Assembly: GCA_035221665.1 (NCBI GenBank)
Contig: CM069132.1
Coordinates: 66,712,001-66,776,000 of the forward strand
Reading direction: 5' to 3'
Length of the DNA: 64,000 nt
Source of the DNA: Okamejei kenojei
Taxonomy: Eukaryota
Shown: piece after piece, positions 26,180 to 37,854 of the stretch
Layout: each line of letters opens with the position of its first letter
Position numbering within the stretch: position 1 is the stretch's first letter
Position numbers and translations under genes: made by a program
Notes under the pieces: generated by a model
Database searches by the model: none
What the model was told of the DNA's origin: nothing
Seen by the model: only the letters and a program-made list of their open reading frames with translations

Positions 26180-29100
26180 CTGCAGAAGAACAACTATATC
26201 TGTTAGTTTTAAAGCTGCTTTAAATAACCTCTTTAAAAAAAAGGGTAATTTCGAAATTATTCTGAGATGTCAAATTTATTTTGTAAATTTGTTGCAGAGT
26301 TTTCAACCTATAATGTTCCTTAAAATCAATTTGGACTTGAAAATGATTTATCAGTCAATATTCCACCGGGATGCTTGTTCCCGATTTTGTTGAAATTTCA
26401 AGCACCTCTATTGAAGTGTGCAAGCAGAATTGCAAGTACAAAGAACATTGTCAACCTTCATTGGATTTAATACTCAAGAACATGTTAAGAAAATCAATAG
26501 CAAAGATAGGTTAATTCCTCTCACCTCAGTTTAGCTTGAACATTAATCAAGTCTTGTTCAGTTTTCCTAAATTATGATGAGAGTTTCCTGGGCTTTTGTG
26601 AATTCCACTTAGAGATAAGCAGGTAGGCAAAACATTCTTTGGTACTAACTTTCCTTCACAAGAGGCTGCATCTGTCAAAGCTGCTTAGTACAACCCACTG
26701 AGAACTGCAATGCACATTCCACGTGGGAAAATCATAACCCAGAGGCTGCATCCTGTGCTCTCTGGGGCTCTGTTCTTTAAAATGAATTAAGGTAGAGTTG
26801 GACAATGTGTTTTTCTGTAATAAACAATGAGAGGTCATTACCTTTCCTCCAAATCCACTCACGGAAAGTGGTTATTGTCAAGAAATAACAACAAAAAATT
26901 ATACGGAATTTGTAATACAATTTAAAAAAATAATTCTGCCCAAGTATCACTTTGGTGGCTTTCACTTAATAAGATGCTCCCTTATAATTCACTTTAGTCT
27001 GTGAATTATCTTACATGGAAACCTTTTAATATACAACAGATAACATGGCAACATGATAGGTGAGATTTTGCTGACTCTGAGCAAGCATTCAACTAGTTAA
27101 ACAGCAGTAGGTTCAGGCCTTCCACTTTTGCACAGTCAAGTGTGCATGTCCCAGTCTCACTGATAGACTTGTTATGCAGAATCTGTCAGTCTGTTTCATT
27201 GCTGGATCTCACGTGGAGAGCAGCTGTGGAGCTCAGTGTTGCTGAGATTCTCCAGCTTTAGGATAGGGTGAAAAAAACTCTCCCTGAACCTGCAACAGGC
27301 CAGAACAGGCATGGGATCTGCCGCACCATTGATTTCAACGGGGAATGCAGGGCTGTGGTTTTGTAGGCAAACAGAAAGGTACTGCCTTTTAGTACAGAAA
27401 TCATTTTCCTTTAGTTTACTTCTATTATTAATTTATGATGTGGTATTAGGTAACTTAAAAAAAATATTTGACTTTTTAAAATGTCAGTTTCAAAGACTTT
27501 TGGAAAGTATTAAGTGATTAATATTAAGTCCCTCCCTGACAGCATGGTGAATATACCCACACCTCAAGGACTGCAGCAGCTCGATATGGCAGTCCACCAC
27601 CAACTTCTCAAAGCCAATTAGGGATGGTCAATAAAATGATAACACATACTGCAAAATTCATACCCCATGAATGAATGAAAAGTATTTACAGCTGGCAATG
27701 CTGGGGGCGGCATCAACAAGATAGGCCATTAAAACTTGGTTCAGGCAACTGCAGGTACGTAGCATGAGCACTCATGCATTTCCAGGCGGAGGGGCCATCC
27801 TTCAGCTTTTAGTCACAGAACCATGTAACATGGAAACAGGCCCTTCAGCCCACTGTCTAGTAGCCAACCATCAACTGTTCCCCTTTCCCCTGACTCTCAG
27901 TCTGAAGGGTCTCGACCCAAAACATCACCCATTCATTCCCTCCAGAGATGCTGCCTGTCCCGCTGAGTTACTCCGACATTTATAAATGCTATCCCATTTT
28001 CTAGCCACTGCCATGTAACATTCTCTGTCATAGATCATTTATTTCTTAAATGAGAGCACCCATCTCCACCACCCCAGCAGCTAACACTCTTAGATCTGCT
28101 CTAGCTTACTAGGGGTTTAAAGGCCTAGTCCTTCTGTGAGGGCCAGAATTAAATGCCAACCTCTCACACTCCTTGAAAATAAAATAAAACAATGGATGCT
28201 GCAATCTGAAACATGAAAGGAAGATTCTGGAAGCACTTAGCATTTCAGGCAGCACCTGTGGAAAAGTGCTTATTTTCTGCTCCCTTTCCTGCAAATTCTG
28301 CCTGACCTTCATCTAATCATCCGCTCTTCAAACTCAATGGACTTGCTAGGAGATTCCTCCACTTTCCTAGCAGGAGCTATGTGCAGTAACTCTCATCCCG
28401 CATTAGCTGAGATTAATATCCAAGCTCATCTATGTTGCATTGCTCCATAATAAAGTTCATGTTCATAAGTTCTTGGAATAGAATTAGGCCATTGGCCCAT
28501 CAAGTCTACTCCATTATTCAATCATGGCTGATATATCTTTCCCTCTCAGCCCGATACAAAAGTGAAGAGAACTACAGTTTAAATACACACGATGTCTGGA
28601 TTTAATTATCGGGGCAATTTTTTTTTTTGGCCCAAAAGTGCTGGCTCCCTTCCAGGCACAGGCGACTAATGGAAGCCCTACCTGCCTAACCCTTGGCTCA
28701 CCTGCTGTTAAACCTGCCACTATTATTGAACGTCTGTGAACATCCTTGACATTCACAAGCACTCAGTAAAACTTCATATCTGTTAGAAATAAAAATACTG
28801 TTCAAAAGATTGACATTTTGTTTTATGTTTAAGATACTAAAAATGCACGGACATGCAAAAACAATTTAAGGCATTGAAACTAACAAATAGCGTTATTCAG
28901 CTTCTCCAAGCAGCTATTATCTCCCATTCATTGCAATGGAGGCCATTGCACATGCTCAGTCTAACTTGTGCAGGCTCATGGCAAGTCTTTATGAGTTGAG
29001 AGGTGGGAAATTTCTGTTGTCCCGTCCATGAGGAGATCACTGCATCAGCAGAGATAACCAGCATGGCTAAAGCAGAAGATGGCTGCCGTCAGTACAGGTC

Positions 29101-29703
29101 AATGTCAGAGATCGACAGTGAGACTCCTGGATCAGTTAGAGGTTCATCACTGGCTTTGGTTGGAAGCTCTGTCATTACGTCTCTGCATTAGTATTTTTGT
29201 TTACATTTGGATGCAAGCCAAACACTTTAGAAGTTATTAGGTATTAACTTACCTGGACACATTCCAGTGAAATTTCTTAAGAGGTTTTAATTATATTAAG
29301 GTTGAATTACAAATATGATTGATTATAGGAATTACTAGGATTAGATGGTGCATCTAAACAACTTCATGCAAATAAAACATTCTGAAAAGAATGTGCTTAT
29401 CCAAATTTATTTCTGTCTACAATAGATCATATCTATCTTTGAATTAAGATTCTGAATGCATAAATTATTGTACGAATCAAAGAAAACATGGTCTTTAATA
29501 ACCAGTTGATATAAATTATCCAGCTGCTGGCATATTTATATTAGTAGTGAATATTGTCACTAGAGTCAGTTAGATGATTTAAACAATGATAAAACTTCTG
29601 AGAGTCCCCAAAACAAAAAAATATAATCAACAGTTAAAATGGCTATTGATTATTAATGGCCATTATGCAAGTATATAATTTCCTGGAAAGAAAAAGAGAT
29701 TTG

Positions 29704-29975
29704 GGCGGCAGAGTTGTTGCCCTATAGCAATAGAGACCCAGGTTCGAAAGACGCTGTCTGTATGGTGTTTGTCGTTCTCCCTGCGACTTTGTATTTTTTC
29801 TCTGGGTGATCCGGTTTCCTCCCACATTACAAAGATGTACATGTTTGTAGGTTATTTGGCTTCGATAAAATTGTCCCTAGTATGTAAGAGAGTACTAGCG
29901 TACGGCGTGATCGCTGGTCAGCACAGACTTGGTAGGCCGAACGGCCTGTTTCGGAGCTGTACCTCTAAAGTCTAA
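29704..29975 (+). mobile_element. V-SINE (HE1-like), diverged
   Basis: Core ccggtttcctcccacattacaaagatgtac and the matching tail. Confidence 0.8.
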
Positions 29976-31907
29976 AAGATGCTTCATTGACAGCATAGAG
30001 GTGTGGGTACTCTCTGGTGTAAATTAAACAATAAAATAAGTAATGCAAGAGGCTCTATGAGGTGGACAGTTGATGCAGGAAAAAAAGGGAACTATCATAA
30101 TATGTTCAGCAATTTGATTGTGACTGTGCTTTTGTTGTGTGATTTAGTTCAACAAGCATGTCAAAACTAAAGTTTCCTAGGATACATAATCTACTTAATG
30201 TCTGATTATGGAGGAAGATAATCCCATTCATTATTCTATGTACTGTAATGATGCTGAACACACTAAGAAGGATTACTTCATGAATTAAGCATGCATTTAT
30301 TGATGTGCATGACACTTGAACACCTGAACTTGCAAAACCTAGCAAATCTAGTTCTTAATTTCCAGAGCCTTAATGCTGCATTTCAAACCTATGAGTTTAG
30401 CATTCCAACCTTCCTTCACCTGAACATTACAATGGCTACTAGTTAATCCGATCCACCACAGTCACGTGTATGACCAAAAATATGAACAATTGTGGAATAC
30501 ATCTCTTCTAATTCTGAAAGTATTACAGGAATATTGTTTTGTACTGTATATATGATTAATATTTTTTTCAAAGTTTATCAAGTGAAATAATTATGTTATG
30601 CTGACAATATTTATTTAGGGTCAGAGGTCAAATATGACTGGTCACGTGTGTGACCTCACACCAAAGCATTTTTTTCATAACAATTTTATCTTACCAACTC
30701 TTGTGAATTTAAAAAAGCTAAAATGTTCATATCTTTAGCAGACATGTATTATAGTTTTATAGTTAGGAAAATAGCAATGAATAAGATTAATCTCTTACAA
30801 TACTTTTTTTATGTATTACTTTATGTGATGCCATTTGGTAACGTGTGTGACATTTTGGTTCACTTTCCAAAGAATGTCCCCATTAAACAATGCTTCACTT
30901 CTCAAATTCAGCACCACATATTCTACTTCTAAATATAATTTTCATACTGGGCGCTTCAACCTATTACAAATAAAATGTTTTAAACACGTTGCTATTTTTT
31001 GCGAACTCGGAAATGATGGCAATTGAATGTGGGGGAATAGAATTTTAAACAAATTGTGTTTTCATGAGACATTTAACCATCTAAAAGAGAAAAACATACT
31101 TGTTTGTACATTGCAAATATGCTCTGGAAATGTTTGTTTCCATGGCAATAGTGGCATTTACAATAGTACACTCAATCTGAGGCCACCTGTTTGAACACTT
31201 TATGATTTATAGTATGAAGAGGCGGGAAACGAGCAAATTGTTTACTGGGCGACCTGGTGGTCAATAATATTGAGATTAATATACACTCAGATATACTTCG
31301 CTCATTTCCTCAAATTACTCGAATAAACTTGTGTTTAAAATTACAAACATCACACACTTTCTTGGACAAAAACCGAAGGAGGCAATGTTTTAGAATTCAA
31401 ATAGGCATCAGACTTTACTAGTTGCATCGAAATGGATTGCAATCCCATGGTTTATTTACAAAACGTGGGATTATTTTCCTCCCGAGATTTCCCTTTTGAT
31501 CAGATGACTTCCAACATCTGCTAATTGTTGCATTTTTAACCATCATGCAAACGAAGAAATTTGCATGTGGATTTTTTTTCTCTAAGAGTATGGCTCAATA
31601 ACATCAGAAGTAACATGAATGCAGCTAGGTTACAACGACTAAAACAAGGTAGGTGAAGCGTGCTGAGTTCCAGTCTGATGTTTCAGATTCCTGCTATCCA
31701 GGGTTGAGACGGTGCAGCAACTGTCTACTCTGGCCTGGAGCACCCTCTGGCGTTGTGCTGAAGCCCGTTACACATCGCACATGGGGAGTCAGAAATTACA
31801 AACAGTGCATTATTCGCCACGTAAACATGAATGCAGTGTGTTCTGACTGTTGGTGGCGATGCCAGCTAGCGGCATCTTTTATCACACCCCAAGTCCCTGA
31901 TACTTAC

Positions 31908-32004
31908 CGCTTTTGTAACCCAACGCCGGCAGCTCCAACGGTGACACCTGATGGACTGTCCTCTCGCTTCCAGCGACATGGATCGCCTCAACAGCGCAGT
32001 CGCT
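31908..32004 (-). CDS. ADAMTS16: ADAMTS16 coding exon 2
   Basis: Acceptor tgtatctttcag| and donor |gtaagta. The 97 bp read SDCAVEAIHVAGSERTVHQVSPLELPALGYKS+G. It ends in phase 1, matching exon 3 (G+AT=Asp). Confidence 0.78.
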
Positions 32005-32124
32005 CTGAAAGATACAACCAGACGATAAAGGTGGATACAAATAATGCATGTAACTAACACGTTCTACTTGCTATTGAAATATGCACGTTTAAAGCGACAG
32101 TAGAAATGCACAACTCCAACGTGC

Positions 32125-32214
32125 CTTGATAAGTCCCATCAGTAGCAGAAGGTAGGAAACTGCAAGCACTCTTCTGTAGAAAGACTCTCTGTCAGTAACC
32201 GGCAACGAGCCCAT
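32125..32214 (-). CDS. ADAMTS16: ADAMTS16 coding exon 1 (signal peptide)
   Basis: ATG in good Kozak context (ACAATGG) at 32214 reads MGSLPVTDRESFYRRVLAVSYLLLLMGLIK, with a hydrophobic core. It ends at AAG|GCACGT (GC donor, phase 0) and joins exon 2 in frame. An alternative in-frame ATG lies at 32235. Confidence 0.72.
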
Positions 32215-32235
32215 TGTAACCTCCAGGACCTGCAT

Positions 32236-32830
32236 TTTTGTGTGTGCTATCACCAAAAGGGAAGAAATTTTAAATGTTGCTCCCTGATATGGTTTTCATT
32301 TGGGGAGGAGGAATAATATTAACTTCAATAGATAGAAGGCTTGCTTGTCAACCCCCCGAGTTTCCCGATAGGGCTGTAACGCAGGAGGAAGCCGGGTGGT
32401 GCTGACAGGTACATGGGGAAGAAGAGATGCCTTGGCCGGTCACCAACACCCCGGCTGCAAGGGCCACCTCCAGCCGCCTTCCGTCCGCACTGAGCCGGGG
32501 TGCAGGAGTCGGCTCTGCTCGCTCCCCTCTCTCTGGCGGCTTGCAGCTCTGAAGTGGAGTCCACACACGCCGTCCTGTGAGCTGCAACAACTCGTCTCTG
32601 TTTCTGCCTGCAGTTGTTAAGTTTGCAAGCAGTGCTGAAGGTCTCGCTGCTGCTAATTCCCTTCCTCTGCAATGTGTTGCCTGTGCCTGTCTGCAGTACT
32701 GAACTGACTGAGCACCAGTGTCGGTGTCCTAACTTCCTCCCTCTCTCGCACACACATGCGGCTTTGTGAGAACTCTCTTCCTAGCGTCGCGCCGTCAATC
32801 ATTCCGTCCTTAGGGGCGTGAGATTATTTC
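32236..32830 (-). promoter_or_regulatory. GC/CpG-rich 5'UTR and putative promoter of ADAMTS16
   Basis: Local GC and CpG enrichment directly 5' of the start codon, with a GGGGCGTG GC-box-like motif at about 32813. TSS not determinable from sequence. Confidence 0.55.
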
Positions 32831-33952
32831 TACGTTTATACCTTTCTATCTGTCTGTGTGCAAATGTGTGTTGTCCAAGTCTTGTCTGTGTGCCTTAACG
32901 TCTGCGTGACTGTCTATTTTTGTATGCATTGTAAATGTGTTTGTCTCTGTGCCTTTGTATGTCATTTTATATCTGTACCTTCGGCTGTGAGTGTGCGCCC
33001 GCGTATCTGTGTGCATACATGCAGATGAAGATGATAGTCCTAGTCAATGAAAACTATTTCTGCGCACCCAGAGTCTCACACCTTTGGGATAACATTTTCA
33101 AACTGTGCTGGTTCATAAGATTTAAAAAACTGTATTAAACGCATTAAATACACTGAATTCAATTCAGTGGCTGTCATATTTTACTCAACAATGACAAGCC
33201 TAAAATAATTTCATTTTGCACATTGGCTTCCACAAGCATTAATTCACTGTCATGTTCCTCTTTTTGCTAGTTCACGTTTGTATTCACAAACTTCTCTCCG
33301 AGATCCGTTCCTCTTGAACATCACTCAGTGGCTTGCATCATTACCTGCTGTCAGTATTGAACTTAGTTCAGCCCCTTCATATGCACATTTCACATTCTTG
33401 TATTTTCACAATCCTTTTAATCTTTCAAGCAATCACACTTTTAACTTAAGTATTGTGTTTTTTTTAAAATATATAAATTATGATGTTTTATGTGATTTAC
33501 CATGATTTTATATATATTTATGATATTTGAGATGCAATGCATTTTTTTTAATGTAATGTTGCCCCTTGTCTGGACCTTGAGTCCATAATAAAGTTATCAT
33601 TATTATTATTATCCCTCATCACTTTTGTTCTCTCTCTCTCAATGGTTTGCACATTCTTCACCCATTTTACCTTTGCATCCACTTAGTTTAACACACTGAC
33701 ATAAAGTCTGTATTCTACTTTGAAGTCACGTGAGTGACTACGTGAAGAAGGCCGTCCCCACGCATGCGCGTCATTACGTCTGACGCATTGCGTAACGACT
33801 GGCTGGCGGGCGCGTCGCTCCTTCCAGCTGGTAAGTGTAAAAGACCCAGGTAAGTGTTTTGAAAAACTTAGCTGAAGTCGTTGCTCCCCGTCCGGAGTGT
33901 GTTTCGTTTTTACGTATTTTCAGCTTCGGATTGTGGGAGATATGTCTAAGAG

Positions 33953-34884
33953 GTGAGCCGTGACCAGGTGCGGAAGACCACGGGCCTGCGGGCAGCGTGC
34001 GACTGCCGAATTCGCGAGCAGCAAACGGCTACAGACTTGGTGCTGCTAGAAAGCACCTTGGCTACTCCACGGGGGAGAAAAGCCACAAAAAAGTCTGTGA
34101 GGGCCCATCTGGAGAGCCTTTTGGGCAGGTTACTCCAGCACAATATGCTCCAAAGGACGGAGCTATCGGAGCCCGGGGAGTATATGGAACCTGAGGCAGC
34201 AGCGCCTGTGTCAGGGCTGCATAATATCTGCCTCTCAGATGACAGGAGAGTACGAGGTCAGTACTATGCTGACCCAGAGTATGGAGGCACGGTTGGGCTA
34301 GAGGGACCATCAGGACTGTTTATTGCATCCAAATTTGCAGTTCCAGCCCTCACAGCTGAGCCATTGGATGAAGAGCTCGCTGTGAATATTAATTACATGG
34401 CTTCCCATCCACTGCAAGAACAAAATATGGAGGAAACCACTGCCAGGTACAACACTCCATTAAACTGTGCCTCACTGAGTGTCCCCATTGTTAATCTAGT
34501 CATTTGGGGGCACATTGGAGGTGGCATCCGAGCAAAAGAGGTTAAACTCCAAAGAGTACTCCGGCTACTTGCCTCGGGCATCACGGCCATTGCTAGGTCA
34601 GTGGGTGGGGGGGGGGGGGGGCACCTCTCTCAGATATACAGCAGGACGCAATGGCATGCATGTGCAATACACATTTTGAAACCAATTGCATTAGAAAGAA
34701 TGCCATCCGTCCTGCTATAAATCCTAAATGTGCTGGGCTGTGTAAGCCGGGGAATATACAACCCCCAAACATCCTGTTCGGAGAAAACCTGACTAAACAG
34801 GTTAAAGAACTCGATGAGGAGTCAAAGGCTGTTGGCCTCATGAAGGTCGTGGTGCTGAGCAACAAACGCAGAGGCCTTTTTTAG
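33953..34884 (+). pseudogene. DIRS gag-like ORF1, frameshifted at the poly-G around 34609-34621
   Basis: ORFs 33953-34720 and 34651-34884 (Y.TP.NC..L.VP.VN..IW; IRPAINPK...LFGENL) occupy the ORF1 position of the element. Confidence 0.75.
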
Positions 34885-34999
34885 GGCAGGGCCCAAGTCG
34901 GGCCATGTTCAAGATGCGGCGCCCTCCATCAGCCCTACCCCCCAGACCTCGGGGGCAGAAGCAGCTACCTTACTGCCGGTAAACTCTAAGGTGGGTGAG

Positions 35000-36850
35000 A
35001 CTGCAATGGCTACATTACAAGTTGGGGGGAGATTGCAATTTTTCTTACATGAATGACAGTGGATAACATCTAATCCGTTTATACTGCATAGTATTCAAGG
35101 TTTCCAAATTGAGTTCATTTCTGACTTGCCTCCACCCACTCAGCATACAGCAGGCCATACTTTTGTGTTTTCACAACAGGAGTGTATTAGTGCACAAAGA
35201 GTTGACTCTTTGTTCAATAAAGGGGTAATTGAGAGGGCGATGCGTGAGTCTAATCAGTTTGTGTCAAATATCTTTACTAGGTAAAATAAGGATGGAGGAT
35301 GTAGAATGATCCTAGATGTGACAGAGCTTAACACCTTTGTGCAGTATAAACATTTCAAAATGGAAACTTTTGTCACTGCTAAACAACTGCTTTCCAAGGG
35401 ATGTTATATGGCAAGCATTGACCTCAAAGATGCTTACTATTCAGTGGCCATTCATGAAAGGCACAGGAGATTTTTGAAGTTTAACTGGATGGATCAGTTG
35501 TGGCAGTTTAAAGCATTGCCTAATGGATTAACTTCAGCTCCCAGACTATTCACAAAATTGCTAAAACCAGTCCTGGGGTTACTCAGAGCACAGAATCATA
35601 TTGTCATGGCATATTTGGATGGCATTTTAGTCATTGGGAGGACTTTCGAATTAGCTGAATTATCTGTGTCAGTTACAAAACTCATTTTCGAAAAGATAGC
35701 TTTCATGATCCATCCAGTTAAGTCTAAATTGGTGCCATCTACGATTATTGACTATTTGGGATTCACCATTAACTCAGTACACATGTCAGTGACACTGCCT
35801 CTGGGCAAGCAATTAGAGTTAATTGAAGCCTGCAGGAAACTCATTGTTGATAATCACCCTTCTATTAGACATGTGGCTCGGGTAATTCGAAAATTAGTGG
35901 CAGCGTTCCCAGCTGCTCAGTTCGGGCCTTTGCACTACCAAAACTTACAGCGTGCAAAGGAACAGGCACTTAAGCTTCAGAGAGGTTGTTTCGATAGACC
36001 CATGCAGCTACCAGCTGAGGATCTGACTGAATTACAATGGTGGATTGCCAATATTCAGTGCTGCTCTAGTACCATTTTAGTCAATACTCCATCAGTTATC
36101 CTGCAGACTGATGCCAGTGCACTAGGATGGGGTGCTACCGATACCGTCTCGAGCTGCGGTGGCAGATGGGATCTGCAGGAAGCATCCATGCTTCAATCAC
36201 ACGGTATTAACTATTTAGAGTTGTTGGGAGCACTCTATGGGTTAAAGGCTTTTTGTACCAACAGGCATCATGTGCATGTCCGACTTCAGATTGACAACAC
36301 TACTGCAGTAGCGTACATTAATCACATGGGTGGCAGTAAGTCTGTATCCTGTGATAGGTTGTCCAATCTCCTCTGGCACTGGTGTATTGCGAGAAACATC
36401 TGGGTTTCAGCTATCTATTTACCAGGGAGGTATAACACAGTGGCAGACACCAGATCACGAGAGTTCAATGATAACAAAGAATGGATGTTAAATCGTGAAG
36501 TGTTCAATGATATTGTCCTTCGTTATGGTGTACCGGACATTGATCTGTTTGCTTCCAGGCTTAATCATCAATTACCAATAGACCCAGGGGCAGTAGCGGT
36601 GGATGCATTCTCGCTACACTGGGGTGGTAAATTTGTGTATGTTTTCCCCCCATTCTGCCTCATTACTCGATGTGTGGCAAAAATTCAGCAAGATTCCGCC
36701 ACTGGCATAGGTGCCAGACTGACCTACTCAGCATTGGTTCCCTCTGGGTCTTGCCTTAATTACACAATCTTTTATGGCAGTGCCCAAGAGCAGAAATCTG
36801 CTGGTACACCCGGTGACAGGGGAAAGCCACCCTCTTCATGACCGTATAGA
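35000..36850 (+). pseudogene. DIRS pol: reverse transcriptase, RNase H and C-terminal DNA N6-adenine-methyltransferase-like domain; disrupted
   Basis: Motifs IDLKDAYY, LPNGLTSAPRLFTK, YLDG (from YLDD, 35612-35623), QTDASALGWG, INYLEL, IDNTTAVAYINHMGG, DIDLFAS and YVFPPF. In-frame stops at 35054 and 35282. Confidence 0.93.
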
Positions 36851-36859
36851 TTTGTTGGT

Positions 36860-37854
36860 TTGCAGATTCTGAGGAGACCGTTCCTGGGGCTCGGGCTTTC
36901 AGAGCGTACCATTGATGTCATCACTGCGGCCTGGAGGAAGAGCACACAGAAACAGTACATCTCTCACATAAGAAAATGGGAGATGTACTGTTCCCGCTCT
37001 CACATTTCATATCACACAGCTTCAATTACGGATGTTTTGGAGTTTCTATCGTCACTTTTTCACGATAAATTTAGTTACAGTGCTATTAACAGTGCCCGGA
37101 GTGCTTTGTCTAATTATTTACGGCTGGGGTCAGCACACCACACGGTAGGGTCCCACCCGTTAATAACCAAATTTATGAAGGGCATCTTTAATTCCACTCC
37201 ACCTAGACCTAGGTACACACGCATATGGGATGTCAACGTGGTCCTCACGCTGCTCTGTCAGTGGGCACCAGTTTCATCTCTGTCCCTACACCACCTGACA
37301 TTGAAAGTAGTCATGCTCATGGCCCTGGCCTCAGCACAACGGGTCCAGACGCTACAAAAACTCTGACTGGACAGTATGGGTTCTTCCTGCAATAATATCA
37401 CCTTTTTCGTTCGGGATCTCATCAAGCAGAGCAGGCCAGAGGTACAGGGGCTCAAATTGAGTTTTGTGGCATACCCCTCAGATCCACAAGGGTGTGTAGT
37501 ATCATCTATAACCCAATACATAAAGGTCACCAAGAGCTTGAGAGGCTCGGAATCTCCTTCTGTGTCAGCTACTCCAAAGCTCACAAACAGGTTACGGTGC
37601 AGACCATCTCTAGATGGATTAAGCAGGTTCTGGCGTATGCAGGAGTGGACACTGATATTTTTAAACCTCATTCCACCAGGGCTGCATCGACATCAGCAGC
37701 AAGGGATATGGACGTACCTCTTGACCAAATTCTGGTGGCTGTGGGATGGTCGATTGAGAGGACGTACCAGAGGTTTTATAATAAGCATATCGCCAGATCC
37801 GGGATTTTTGCTGATTCTGTTTTAAGTTTTGTTTCACAGTTTCCCCCTGGGTGA
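36860..37854 (+). pseudogene. DIRS tyrosine recombinase (one stop and one frameshift)
   Basis: SAM-like N-terminus (STQKQY...YSAINSARSALS), ASAQR(R), FKPHSTRAASTS (H-x-x-R) and GW...TYQRFY. TGA at 37364 and a frameshift around 37550. Confidence 0.92.

Noticed and set aside
35306-36841. Active DIRS polymerase gene (511-aa ORF)
   Set aside because: Catalytic YLDD is mutated to YLDG, there are two upstream in-frame stops and a C-terminal frameshift, and the YR is also broken.
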